From positions 7,657-71,656 of the forward strand of contig NZ_JBDHSP010000012.1 in assembly GCF_039808215.1 (NCBI RefSeq): DNA of 64,000 nt, read 5' to 3'. The translations under genes and the position numbers were made by a program. Each line of letters begins with the position of its first letter. The first letter of the stretch is position 1. The DNA comes from Paracoccus sp. (in: a-proteobacteria) (lineage in GTDB: Bacteria > Pseudomonadota > Alphaproteobacteria > Rhodobacterales > Rhodobacteraceae). The notes under the pieces are model-generated. The model ran no database searches. It was given only the letters and a program-made list of their open reading frames with translations, and was not told the DNA's origin. Positions 1-9,170 of the stretch are shown one piece after another.

Positions 1-1111
1 TGGCGGGGCTCACGTCATTGGCAAGGATCCAGTCGCAGCCCTTGCGCGCGCGCTTGGCGGTGGCATTGGCCAGCACGTCGTCGGTCTCGGCGGCAAAGCC
101 CACGACCAGCGCCGGACGCCCGCGCCCGAGCCCGCTGATCCAGGCCAGGATGTCCGGGTTTTCGGCGAATTCCAGCTGCGGCAGGCTGCCCGAGGCATCC
201 TTCTTGATCTTGCCGCCGCGGGCGTTGGCCACATGCCAGTCGGCCACCGCCGCCGCCATGATCGCGGCATCGGCGGGCAAGGCGACCTCGACCGCCTCGC
301 GCATCTGACGCGCGGTCTCGACCGCGATGACCTCGACGCCGCCGGGGGGCGGCACCTCGGCCGGGCCGGTGACGAAGCTGACCCGCGCGCCCAGATCGCG
401 CAGCGCCGCGGCGATCGCGCTGCCCTGCGCGCCGCTCGAGCGGTTGGCGATATAGCGCACCGGGTCGATCGGCTCATGCGTGGGACCCGAGGTCACGATC
501 ACATGCCGGCCCTGCAGCCGCCCAGCGGGCAGCGCGATCGCGGTCTCGGGCATCAGGCGCAGCGGCCGCTCGCGGTCCAGCAGCGCCCGGATCGCGGCGA
601 GGATCGCCTCGGGTTCGGCCATGCGACCGGGCCCGTATTCGCCGCAGGCCATGTCGCCCTCATCGGGGCCGATGAAACGGATGCCGTCCTCCTCGAGCGT
701 GTCGCGGTTGCGGCGCGTGGCGGGGTGCTGCCACATGCGCACATTCATCGCCGGGGCGGCCAGCACCGGCTTGTCGGTCGCCAGCAGCAGCGTCGAGGCC
801 AGATCGTCGGCCAGTCCCGCCGCCATCTTTGCCAGCAGATCGGCGGTGGCCGGCGCCACCACCACCAGATCGGCGGCGCGCGACAGCCGGATATGGCCCA
901 TCTCGGATTCGCGGGTCAGGTCGAACAGGTCCTGATGGCAGGGCGCCTCGGCCAGCGCCGACAGTGTCAGCGGCGTGACGAATTGCGCGCCAGCGCCGGT
1001 CAGCACCGGCACCACCGCCGCGCCCTCGCGCCGCAGCATGCGGATCAGTTCGGGGATCTTGAAGGCGGCTATGCCGCCGCCGACGATCAGCAAGATGCGG
1101 CTGCCCTGCAT
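1..1111 (-). CDS. coaBC: Bifunctional phosphopantothenoylcysteine decarboxylase / phosphopantothenate-cysteine ligase (CoaBC); 3' end runs off the window
   Basis: ORF is open at the left edge, so it is absent from the ORF track. My minus-strand translation from ATG 1111 reads MQGSRILLIVGGGIAAFKIPELIRMLRREGAAVVPVLTGAGAQFVTP...PAMNVRMWQHPATRRN...GPTHEPIDPVRYIANRSSG... with no stop down to nt 2 (about 370 codons). This shows the typical CoaC flavoprotein half followed by the CoaB half. Confidence 0.9.
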   Translation of the reverse strand, partial: MQGSRILLIVGGGIAAFKIPELIRMLRREGAAVVPVLTGAGAQFVTPLTLSALAEAPCHQDLFDLTRESEMGHIRLSRAADLVVVAPATADLLAKMAAGLADDLASTLLLATDKPVLAAPAMNVRMWQHPATRRNRDTLEEDGIRFIGPDEGDMACGEYGPGRMAEPEAILAAIRALLDRERPLRLMPETAIALPAGRLQGRHVIVTSGPTHEPIDPVRYIANRSSGAQGSAIAAALRDLGARVSFVTGPAEVPPPGGVEVIAVETARQMREAVEVALPADAAIMAAAVADWHVANARGGKIKKDASGSLPQLEFAENPDILAWISGLGRGRPALVVGFAAETDDVLANATAKRARKGCDWILANDVSPA

Positions 1112-1184
1112 GGCGATATCCTCTGCCGTGACGCTCGTCTCCGACATAGGCCCAAGCGGGTGCCGGAACAAGCAAGCGCCGCCA

Positions 1185-1199
1185 TTAACCAATCCTTAA
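1185..1199. promoter_or_regulatory. Perfect CtrA-type box TTAA-N7-TTAA (TTAACCAATCCTTAA) in the coaBC/comM divergent intergenic region
   Basis: Read directly: TTAA 1185-1188, spacer CCAATCC, TTAA 1196-1199. It ends 42 nt upstream of the comM ATG (1241). Two TTAA tetramers at this spacing are very unlikely by chance in DNA this GC-rich. Confidence 0.45.
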
Positions 1200-1240
1200 G
1201 CCGCGCCAGACTACCACAGGCAGGGGGAACGGGGGCGGAA

Positions 1241-2755
1241 ATGGTGGCGATTGCCTATACGGTCGCCTTCGACGGGGTCGAGGCGCGTCTGGTCGAGGTG
1301 CAATGTTCGGTGGCGCCGGGCCTGCCGGGCTTTGGTATCGTCGGCCTGCCCGACAAATCGGTCAGCGAGGCGCGCGAGCGGGTGAAATCCGCCTTTGCCG
1401 CGCTGGCGATCGCCCTGCCCTCGCGTCGTATCACCGTCAACCTCTCGCCCGCGGACCTGCCCAAGGAGGGCTCGCATTTCGACCTGCCGATCGCGCTTGC
1501 GGTGCTGGCGGCGCTGGAGGTCGTTCCCGCCGAGGCGCTGGCGCAATTGGTGGCGCTGGGGGAACTGGCGCTGGACGGGCGGCTGTCGCCGGTCTCGGGC
1601 GCCCTGCCCGCCGCCATGGCCGCGGCGGCAGAAGGCCATGCGCTGATGGTGCCGCACGCCTGCGGCGCCGAGGCGGCCTGGGTCGGCGCGGTCGCGGTGC
1701 TGGCGCCGCGCAACCTGCGCGAGGCGATCGACCACCTGACTGACCGCGCGCCGATCGCCCCGGCGCGACCCGGCGAGGCCGCGATCCCCGAGGCGGGCGA
1801 GGACCTGGCCGAGGTCAAGGGACAGGAACGCGCCCGCCGCGCCATCGAGATCGCCGCCGCCGGTCGCCACCACCTGCTGATGGTCGGCCCGCCCGGAGCG
1901 ACCAAGACCATGCTGGCCCGGCGCATCCCCGGCATCCTGCCGCCGCTAAGCCCGCAGGAGGCGCTGGAGACCTCGGTGATCCATTCCGTCGCCGGGCTGC
2001 TGAAGCATGGCGCCATCTCGCGCGTGGCGCCCTTCTGCCAGCCGCATCACACCGCCTCGCAGGCCGCGATCATCGGCGGCGGTCGCCAGGCCGGGCCGGG
2101 CCAGGCCAGCATGGCGCATAACGGCGTGCTGTTCATGGACGAACTGCCCGAATTCGAGCGCCGGGTGATCGACGCCCTGCGCGAGCCCATCGAGACCGGC
2201 GAGATCCACGTCTCGCGCGCCAATGCCCATGTGCGCTACCCGGCGCGTTTCCTGCTGGTCGCGGCGGCAAACCCCTGCCGCTGCGGCAATCTGGCCGATG
2301 CCGCCCAGGCCTGCGCGCGGGCGCCGGTCTGCGGCGCGGATTATCTGGGGCGGATCTCGGGGCCGATGATGGACCGGTTCGACATGCGCATCGAGGTGCC
2401 GCAGATCTCGCTCGAGGAGATGCAGCTTCCCGGCGGCGGCGAGCCCTCGGCCGCGGTGGCGGCACGCGTCGCTGCGGCGCGCGCCATCCAGACGCAGCGA
2501 TTCGTCAGTCATCCTGGCATCCGGGTGAATGCCGACGCGACCGGACGCCTGCTCGAGGAGATCGCGCCGCTCGACCGCGACTGCCGCGACCTGTTTGCGC
2601 GCGCGGCCGAGCGTTTCGGCATGACCCCGCGCGGCTATCACCGCATCCTGCGCGCGGCGCGCACGGTGGCCGATCTTGACGCCTCGCCGCAGATCCGACT
2701 GCCGCATCTGGCCGAGGCGCTGTCCTTCCGGCTGGTCTCGGGCCGGCCCGACTGA
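1241..2755 (+). CDS. comM: YifB/ComM family Mg-chelatase-like AAA ATPase
   Basis: C-terminal 504 aa of ORF 233..2755, starting at ATG 1241 (MVAIAYTVAFDGVEARLVEVQCSV...). Lon-protease-like N domain, Walker A GPPGATKT, typical YifB C-terminus. The upstream 1 kb of the ORF is antisense to coaBC and was rejected. Confidence 0.9.
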   Translation: MVAIAYTVAFDGVEARLVEVQCSVAPGLPGFGIVGLPDKSVSEARERVKSAFAALAIALPSRRITVNLSPADLPKEGSHFDLPIALAVLAALEVVPAEALAQLVALGELALDGRLSPVSGALPAAMAAAAEGHALMVPHACGAEAAWVGAVAVLAPRNLREAIDHLTDRAPIAPARPGEAAIPEAGEDLAEVKGQERARRAIEIAAAGRHHLLMVGPPGATKTMLARRIPGILPPLSPQEALETSVIHSVAGLLKHGAISRVAPFCQPHHTASQAAIIGGGRQAGPGQASMAHNGVLFMDELPEFERRVIDALREPIETGEIHVSRANAHVRYPARFLLVAAANPCRCGNLADAAQACARAPVCGADYLGRISGPMMDRFDMRIEVPQISLEEMQLPGGGEPSAAVAARVAAARAIQTQRFVSHPGIRVNADATGRLLEEIAPLDRDCRDLFARAAERFGMTPRGYHRILRAARTVADLDASPQIRLPHLAEALSFRLVSGRPD

Positions 2756-3706
2756 TCAGCGGCGCGCGGCCAGGCGGCGCTCGACCGCGTCCCAGATCAG
2801 GGCGGCGGCGTTGATGCCGTCGAAACGCTCAAGCTCCTGGATGCCGGTGGGCGAGGTCACGTTGATCTCGGTCAGCCAGCCGTCGATCACGTCGATGCCG
2901 GTGAAGATCAGACCCTTCTCGCGCAGGGCGGGGCCGATGCGGGCGCAGATCTCATGCTCGCGCGCGGTCAGGCCGATCTTTTCCGGTCGCCCGCCGACAT
3001 GCATGTTCGAGCGCGCCTCGCCCGCGGCCGGAACCCGGTTGATCGCCCCGACCGCCTCGCCATCGACCAGGATGATGCGTTTGTCGCCCCTGACCACGGC
3101 GGGCAGATATTTCTGCGCAATGACCGGCTCGCGGCTGTTGGCGAGGAAGGTTTCCACCAGCGACGAAAGATTCGGGTCGTCGGGACGCATGTGGAAGATG
3201 CCGACGCCGCCATTGCCGTAAAGCGGCTTCAGGATGAAATCGCCGTGACGTTCGCGAAAGGCGCGGATCTGCCCCAGATCGCGGGTGATCAGCGTCGGCG
3301 GAGTCAGGTCGGGGAAATCCAGCACCAGCAGCTTTTCCGGGCTGTTGCGGACCCAGAAGGGATCGTTGACCACGAAAGCCTTCGGATGGATGCGGTCCAG
3401 CATATGCGTGGTGGTGATATAGCCCATGTCGAAGGGCGGATCCTGGCGCAGCCAGACGACATCGAAGCCGGACAGGTCGACATCCGCCCAGTCGCCGAAG
3501 CTGACGTGATCGCCCGCATCGCGCCGCAGCGTGACCGGCCGCCCCCGGGCCATGATCCGGCCCTCGTCATAGCTGAGGCGGTCGGCGGTATACTGGAACA
3601 GCCTGTGACCGCGTGCCTCGGCCTCGAGCCCGATCCGGAAAGTGCTGTCACCGGCGATCGAGACATGCTCGATCGGGTCCATCTGAAGCGCGACATGCAG
3701 ATTCAT
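2756..3706 (-). CDS. gshB: Glutathione synthetase (ATP-grasp)
   Basis: [23 protein letters not shown]...[13 protein letters not shown]...SNMHVGG...[19 protein letters not shown], typical GshB. ATG 3706 verified in sequence, with GGAG 8 nt upstream. The stop abuts the comM stop with zero spacer. Confidence 0.9.
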   Translation of the reverse strand: MNLHVALQMDPIEHVSIAGDSTFRIGLEAEARGHRLFQYTADRLSYDEGRIMARGRPVTLRRDAGDHVSFGDWADVDLSGFDVVWLRQDPPFDMGYITTTHMLDRIHPKAFVVNDPFWVRNSPEKLLVLDFPDLTPPTLITRDLGQIRAFRERHGDFILKPLYGNGGVGIFHMRPDDPNLSSLVETFLANSREPVIAQKYLPAVVRGDKRIILVDGEAVGAINRVPAAGEARSNMHVGGRPEKIGLTAREHEICARIGPALREKGLIFTGIDVIDGWLTEINVTSPTGIQELERFDGINAAALIWDAVERRLAARR

Positions 3707-3755
3707 GCTGTATACTCCGGCTGTGTCGAGCCGAGTTCTCGCGCGCATGGCGCCT

Positions 3756-3775
3756 CAATGCAAGCCAATGCAAGC
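3756..3775. repeat. Perfect tandem duplication of a 10-mer (CAATGCAAGC x2) in the yraN-gshB spacer
   Basis: Read directly at 3756-3765 and 3766-3775. On the minus strand it gives two TTGCAT (-35-like) hexamers upstream of gshB. Confidence 0.8.
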
Positions 3776-3780
3776 CGAAG

Positions 3781-4182
3781 TCAGATCGCCCCGAACGCGT
3801 TCTCGAGGATCTCGACGCGCCCGAAACGGTCGACCAGGGCCGCGTCAAAACGCATGGCGGTCAGCAGGCCCGTCGGCAGGCGCCCGCAATATTCAAGCGC
3901 GGCATTGCAGATCCGCGCAATCTGCCTCGCGCCGATCCGGCCTGCGGCCCCGGCATGGTCGGCAGATTTCTTGACCTCGACAAAGGCATATTCATCGTCC
4001 TTGCGCAGGACGAGATCGATCTCGCCGCCCTGACCGCGCCAGCGCTCGGCGACCAGTTCGTAGCCACGACGGCCATATTCGCGCGCCACCGATTCCTCGG
4101 CAAAGCGGCCGGCTGAATGGGCAACGGCACCGCGCCGCCCCCTTGCTCCGATCCGCACCGCCATGGCTTCCGCTTGCGTCAT
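3781..4182 (-). CDS. yraN: YraN family (UPF0102) endonuclease-like protein
   Basis: 133 aa, GRFAEESVAREYGRRGYELVAERWRGQGGEIDLVLRKDDEYAFVEVKK is the YraN/PD-(D/E)xK signature. The start overlaps the rsmI stop (ATGA). Confidence 0.8.
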   Translation of the reverse strand: MTQAEAMAVRIGARGRRGAVAHSAGRFAEESVAREYGRRGYELVAERWRGQGGEIDLVLRKDDEYAFVEVKKSADHAGAAGRIGARQIARICNAALEYCGRLPTGLLTAMRFDAALVDRFGRVEILENAFGAI

Positions 4183-5087
4183 TCGCTGTCCTTTCGCATC
4201 TCCAGCGCCAGGGCATAGACATCGCGCCGTGCCAGGCCAAAGCGCGCCGCGACCTCGGCCGCGGCCTCCTTGACCGGCAACCGCCCGAGAAGCGGCTGCA
4301 ATGCCTTGCGCAGGCTGTCATCGTCTGCCACCGCGGGTTCGGGCTGGCCGAAAAGCACGACGATCTCGCCGCGCAGCCCCTCATCGGGGATTCGAGCCAG
4401 CAGCGTCGCCGCGGTTCCGCGCATCACTTCCTCGAATTTCTTGGTCAGTTCCCTGCAGATCACCGTAATCCGATTCGCCTCAGTCTCGCAGAGATTCTCC
4501 AACAATTGCCTAACGCGGCGCGGGCTTTCAAAGACAATCACCGTGGCCTCGACCCTTTGCCAGCTTTCGATCCACCTGCGCCGCGCCCCTGCCGCCGATG
4601 GCGGAAAGCCCACGAACAGAAAGCGGTCACTGGGCAGGCCGGAAACCGAAAGCGCCGCCAGCGCCGCCGAGGGGCCGGGCAGCGCGCGCACGGTGTATCC
4701 CGCCTCGGCGGCATCGCGCGCCAGCCGATAGCCCGGGTCGGCGACAAGCGGCGTGCCCGCATCCGAGGCATAGGCCACCGACCTGCCCCCGGCCAGTGCC
4801 GCCATGATCGCGGGCCGCTGCCGGTCGGCATTGTGGTCGTGATAGGCGATGATGCGGCGCCCGCGAAGCGCGATGCCGTGGATGTCCATCAGGTGGCGCA
4901 GGTTGCGCGTGTCCTCGGCGGCCAGCAGATCGGCGGCATTCAGCGCATCCAGCGCCCGAAGGGTGATGTCGCGCGCCGAACCGATCGGCGTCGCGACCAG
5001 ATGCAGCCCCGGCTCCAGCGGCGCGGTGCCGACATTCAGCGAGACCGGCCGCGCACCCGCGGCGCCGTGGCTGGCGCTGTCTTCCAT
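4179..5087 (-). CDS. rsmI: 16S rRNA (cytidine1402-2'-O)-methyltransferase
   Basis: LHLVATPIGSARDITLRALDALNAADLLAAEDTR...ASDAGTPLVADPGYRL..., tetrapyrrole-methylase fold typical of RsmI. ATG 5087 (MEDSASH) verified. Sits in the conserved rsmI / lpoA / yraN neighbourhood. Confidence 0.88.
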   Translation of the reverse strand: MEDSASHGAAGARPVSLNVGTAPLEPGLHLVATPIGSARDITLRALDALNAADLLAAEDTRNLRHLMDIHGIALRGRRIIAYHDHNADRQRPAIMAALAGGRSVAYASDAGTPLVADPGYRLARDAAEAGYTVRALPGPSAALAALSVSGLPSDRFLFVGFPPSAAGARRRWIESWQRVEATVIVFESPRRVRQLLENLCETEANRITVICRELTKKFEEVMRGTAATLLARIPDEGLRGEIVVLFGQPEPAVADDDSLRKALQPLLGRLPVKEAAAEVAARFGLARRDVYALALEMRKDSE

Positions 5088-5191
5088 CACGCAGTCCTTT
5101 CCTTGGTGGCGGGGCAAGTTGCCATGTCCGGGATATGCCAATAACGTGCCCCCGTTAACCCCCCCGGCCCCGACCTACAGGGAATCACGCC

Positions 5192-6385
5192 ATGACCGTC
5201 CTGACAACGATCCGCGGCGCCTTCGCCTTGCGCCCCCTCGCAAGGATCGCAGCCCTTCTGTCCGCAATGGCACTTGCCGCATGCGAGCCGATCGATCTGG
5301 CGTCCTCGGGTCCGCAGAGCGGCCCGGGCATCGACCCCTCGCAGCCGGTGCCAGTGGCGCTGCTGCTGCCGGGCGGCAATGCCGATCTGGACTGGCTGGC
5401 GCGTTCGCTGGCCAATTCCGCCCGCATGGCGGCGGCCGACGCCCAGGGGGCGAGGATCGATCTGCGCATCTATAACGCCGGCGCCGATCCGGGCCAGGCG
5501 GTGACCCAGGCCGAGCAGGCGGTGGATGAGGGCGCAAAGATCATCCTCGGCCCGCTGTTTGCCGACAGCGCCAATGCGGTGGGCAATGCCATGGCGCCCA
5601 GGGGCGTCAACGTGCTGTCCTTCTCGAACAATCCCGACATCGCCGGAGGCAATGTCTTTCTGCTGGGCAATACCTTCGACAACGTGGCCGACCGCCTGGT
5701 GCGCTTTGGCGTCCGGAACGGCAAGCGCCGGATCATGCTGGTGGCCGAGGACGACGCCGCCGGCCAGGTCGGTGCCCGCGCCATCGAGCGCGCCATCCAG
5801 CGAAACGGCGCCACCCTGGCCGGCAGCATGACCCATGCGGTGTCGCGCCAGGGCATCGACGCCATCGTGCCCAATGCCGCGCAGGCGGCGCTTTCGGGCA
5901 ATGTCGATGCGGTGTTCCTGACCGCGAACCAGGGCGCGGTGCTGCCCTATCTGACCGACCGGCTGGCCGATGCCGGCGTGACCTCGCAGAGCGTGCAGAT
6001 GATGGGCCTGACGCGCTGGGACCAGCCAAGCGCGCGGCTGGCCCTGCGCGGCGTCCAGGGCGGCTGGTTCGCCATTCCCGACACGGCCCTAAAGGCGCAG
6101 TTCGAGCAGCGCTACCGTTCCGCCTATGGCGAGACCCCGCACGATCTGGGCTCGCTGGCCTATGACGGCGTGGCCGCGATCGCGGCGCTGGTGCGTGCGG
6201 GCAAGCGCAATGCGCTGACCACCGCCGGGCTGACGCAGAATTCGGGCTTTGCCGGCATCTCGGGCGCCTTCCGCCTGCGCCGCGACGGCACCAGCGAACG
6301 CGCCCTGGCGGTGGCCACGGTGCGCAACAACCAGGTGGTGGTGCTGGACCCGGCGCCGCGCAGCTTTGGCGGCTTCGGGTTCTGA
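5192..6385 (+). CDS. LpoA-like penicillin-binding protein activator / periplasmic-binding-fold lipoprotein
   Basis: Signal peptide with lipobox (LSAMALAAC), then a type-I periplasmic binding fold (Leu/Ile/Val-binding-like). Divergent from rsmI, as lpoA is in E. coli. Confidence 0.7.
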   Translation: MTVLTTIRGAFALRPLARIAALLSAMALAACEPIDLASSGPQSGPGIDPSQPVPVALLLPGGNADLDWLARSLANSARMAAADAQGARIDLRIYNAGADPGQAVTQAEQAVDEGAKIILGPLFADSANAVGNAMAPRGVNVLSFSNNPDIAGGNVFLLGNTFDNVADRLVRFGVRNGKRRIMLVAEDDAAGQVGARAIERAIQRNGATLAGSMTHAVSRQGIDAIVPNAAQAALSGNVDAVFLTANQGAVLPYLTDRLADAGVTSQSVQMMGLTRWDQPSARLALRGVQGGWFAIPDTALKAQFEQRYRSAYGETPHDLGSLAYDGVAAIAALVRAGKRNALTTAGLTQNSGFAGISGAFRLRRDGTSERALAVATVRNNQVVVLDPAPRSFGGFGF

Positions 6386-6387
6386 GC

Positions 6388-9153
6388 TTGGGCGGAACCG
6401 TCCCCGAGGCCCCGGCGCAGGCCGGGCCGGCGGCGCTGCTGCCCGGGCTTGCCGCGGCGCTGGCCGGCGTCTCGGAACCGCGCGAGATCCGCACCCGCGC
6501 CGTCGCCTTCCTGGCGCGGGCGCGCAGCGATGCCATGGCCGGGATCGCGGCCGAACTTGCCGCCCATCCCCGCGCCGGGCGCGAGACCGTCGCCGCCATC
6601 GCCGCCCTGACCGATGCCCTGGTCAGCGCCGTCCACCATGTCGCCACCACCATCCTGCACCCGCAGCTCAACCCCACGGACGCCGAATGCCTGGCCGTGC
6701 TGGCCGTCGGAGGCTATGGCCGCGCGGAAATGGCGCCGCAATCCGACGTGGACCTGCTGTTCCTGACCCCGTGGAAGATCGGCGGCTGGGTCGAAAGCGT
6801 GGTCGAATCCATGCTCTACATGCTGTGGGACCTGAAGCTGAAGGTGGGCCAGGCCACGCGCTCGATCGACGATTGCCTGCGGCTTGGGACGGCCGACATC
6901 ACCATCCGCACCAGCCTGCTTGAGCATCGCCTGGTCTGCGGCCATGCCGCGACCGCCGAATCGCTGCGCGAGCGGCTGTTTGGCGAATTGTTCGCCGGCT
7001 CGATCCCCGAATTCATCGAGGCCAAGCTGGCCGAGCGCGCCGCCCGCCACCAGCGCCAGGGCGGCCAGCGCTATGTGCTTGAACCCAACGTCAAGGAGGG
7101 CAAGGGCGGGCTGCGCGACCTGCAGACGCTGTATTGGCTGGCGAAATACATCCACCGCGTCGACCACGCCGCGGAACTGGTGGCGCTGGGCTTTTTCACC
7201 CGCGAGGAACACCTGACCTTCTGGCAGGCCGAGGATTTCCTCTGGGCGGTGCGCTGCCATCTGCACATGATCGCCGGGCGCGCCTCGGACAAGCTGACCT
7301 TCGACATGCAGGTCGAGGTTGCGGCGCGCATGGGCTATCGCGACCTCGGCGGGCGCCGCGCCGTCGAGATCTTCATGCAGGATTATTTTCTGCACGCCAC
7401 CCGCGTGGGCGAGCTGACGCGGGTGTTTCTCGTGGCCCTCGAGGCGCGCCACCTCTACAAGGCGCCGGTGCTGAACAGGCTGTTCCAGCGTCGCCGCATC
7501 CGCGCGGGCTATCGCATGAACCACGGCCGCCTGACCTTTGTCGACGAGACGCATTTCCTCTCCGACCCGCTGAACATCCTGCGCCTGTTCGAGGAGGCGC
7601 TGCGCACCGGCATCCTGATCCATCCCGACGCCATGCGCGTGGTCACGGCCAATCTTGACCTGATCGACGACCGCATGCGCTCGGACCCCGAGGCGGTGCG
7701 CATCTTCCTTGACCTGCTCTTGAAGCATGGCAACCCCGAACGCTCGCTGAGGCGGATGAACGAGCTGGGGGTGCTGGGCGCCTTCATCCCGGAATTCGCC
7801 ACCGTGGTGGCGATGATGCAGTTCAACGTCTATCACCACTACACCGTGGACGAGCACCTGATCCAATGCGTCGCCGCGCTCGCCGCCATCGAGCGCGGCG
7901 AGGATGCCGAGGACCTGCCGATGACCAGCGCCATCATGAAGCGCCGGATCAACCGCCGGGTGATCTATCTCGCCGTGCTGCTGCATGACATCGGCAAGGG
8001 CCGGGCCGAGGACCACTCGATCCTTGGTGCGCGGCTGGCGCGGCGGGTCTGCACCCGCTTCGGCCTGCCCGCCGATGAGGTCGAGACCATCGAATGGCTG
8101 ATCCGCAACCATCTGCTGATGTCGGACGTGGCGCAGAAACGCGACATCGCCGACCCGCGCACGCTGCGCGACTTTGCCAAGGCGGTGAAGACGGTCAAGC
8201 GGCTGGACCTGCTGCTGGTGCTGACCGTCTGCGACATCCGCGGCGTCGGCCCGGGCACCTGGAACAACTGGAAGGCCATGCTGCTGCGCAAGCTGCACCG
8301 CGAGACCGCGCAGGCGCTGGCCAGCGGGCTTGAGGAGTTGAACCGCGACAAGCGCATGGGCGAGGCCAGGCGCGCGCTGCGCCACCTGCTCAGCGCCAAG
8401 GGCTGGGAGCCGCGCGCGATCAAGGCGGAACTGTCGCGCCATTACGACAATTACTGGTCCGGCCTGCCGACCGAGACGCAATATGTATTCGCCAACATGC
8501 TGAGCGGCCTGGGCGACGCCGAGATCCGCACCGACCTGCACCCCGACACCGACCGCGACGCGACGCGCGCCGCCTTCGTGCTGGCCGACCATCCCGGCAT
8601 CTTCTCGCGCATGGCGGGCGCGCTGGCGCTGGTCGGCGCCAATATCGTCGATGCGCGCACCTATACCACCAAGGACGGCTTTGCGACCGCGGTGTTCTGG
8701 TTTCAGGACGCGGACGGCCATCCCTATGCCGCCGACCGCCTGCCGCGCCTGCGCAAGACCATCGAGCGCACCCTGAACGGCGAGATCGTGGCGCGCGAGG
8801 CCCTGGCCGGGCGCGACAGGCCGAAGAAACGCGACAGCGCCTTTCGCTTTCCCACCCATGTCACCTTCGACAACGAGGCCTCGGATGTCTATACCCTGAT
8901 CGAGGTGGACACCCGCGACCGCCCGGGTCTGCTTTACGACCTGACGCGCACCATGGCCGACAACCACATCCAGATCGCCAGCGCGGTGATCGCCACCTTT
9001 GGCGCCCAGGTGGTGGACACATTCTATGTCAAGGACATGTTCGGGCTGAAACTGCACCAGCCCCATCGCCGCGAGGCCCTGGAAAAGAAGCTGCGGCAGG
9101 CCATCAAGGACGGGGCCGAACGCGCCGGGCGCGCGCCAGATGACCAGCCCTGA
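6388..9153 (+). CDS. glnD: [Protein-PII] uridylyltransferase / uridylyl-removing enzyme
   Basis: 921 aa with a nucleotidyltransferase motif (GGYGRAEMAPQSDVDLLFL), an HD domain (HHYTVDEH...LLHDIGKG) and two C-terminal ACT domains. TTG start 2 nt after the upstream stop, so the exact start is uncertain. Confidence 0.9.
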   Translation: MGGTVPEAPAQAGPAALLPGLAAALAGVSEPREIRTRAVAFLARARSDAMAGIAAELAAHPRAGRETVAAIAALTDALVSAVHHVATTILHPQLNPTDAECLAVLAVGGYGRAEMAPQSDVDLLFLTPWKIGGWVESVVESMLYMLWDLKLKVGQATRSIDDCLRLGTADITIRTSLLEHRLVCGHAATAESLRERLFGELFAGSIPEFIEAKLAERAARHQRQGGQRYVLEPNVKEGKGGLRDLQTLYWLAKYIHRVDHAAELVALGFFTREEHLTFWQAEDFLWAVRCHLHMIAGRASDKLTFDMQVEVAARMGYRDLGGRRAVEIFMQDYFLHATRVGELTRVFLVALEARHLYKAPVLNRLFQRRRIRAGYRMNHGRLTFVDETHFLSDPLNILRLFEEALRTGILIHPDAMRVVTANLDLIDDRMRSDPEAVRIFLDLLLKHGNPERSLRRMNELGVLGAFIPEFATVVAMMQFNVYHHYTVDEHLIQCVAALAAIERGEDAEDLPMTSAIMKRRINRRVIYLAVLLHDIGKGRAEDHSILGARLARRVCTRFGLPADEVETIEWLIRNHLLMSDVAQKRDIADPRTLRDFAKAVKTVKRLDLLLVLTVCDIRGVGPGTWNNWKAMLLRKLHRETAQALASGLEELNRDKRMGEARRALRHLLSAKGWEPRAIKAELSRHYDNYWSGLPTETQYVFANMLSGLGDAEIRTDLHPDTDRDATRAAFVLADHPGIFSRMAGALALVGANIVDARTYTTKDGFATAVFWFQDADGHPYAADRLPRLRKTIERTLNGEIVAREALAGRDRPKKRDSAFRFPTHVTFDNEASDVYTLIEVDTRDRPGLLYDLTRTMADNHIQIASAVIATFGAQVVDTFYVKDMFGLKLHQPHRREALEKKLRQAIKDGAERAGRAPDDQP

Positions 9154-9170
9154 AATCACGGAAAAGACAC

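Noticed and set aside
233-1240. N-terminal 336 residues of the 840-aa ORF containing comM
   Set aside because: This part is antisense to coaBC and has an Arg/Gly/His-rich composition. The ComM homology starts at ATG 1241.
6160-9159. 999-aa ORF on the minus strand covering the whole of glnD
   Set aside because: It is exactly antisense to a gene with unmistakable GlnD domains. The product is Arg/Gly/Ala/Pro-rich low-complexity sequence with no recognisable motif. Long stop-free antisense frames are the expected artefact of high GC3 coding DNA.
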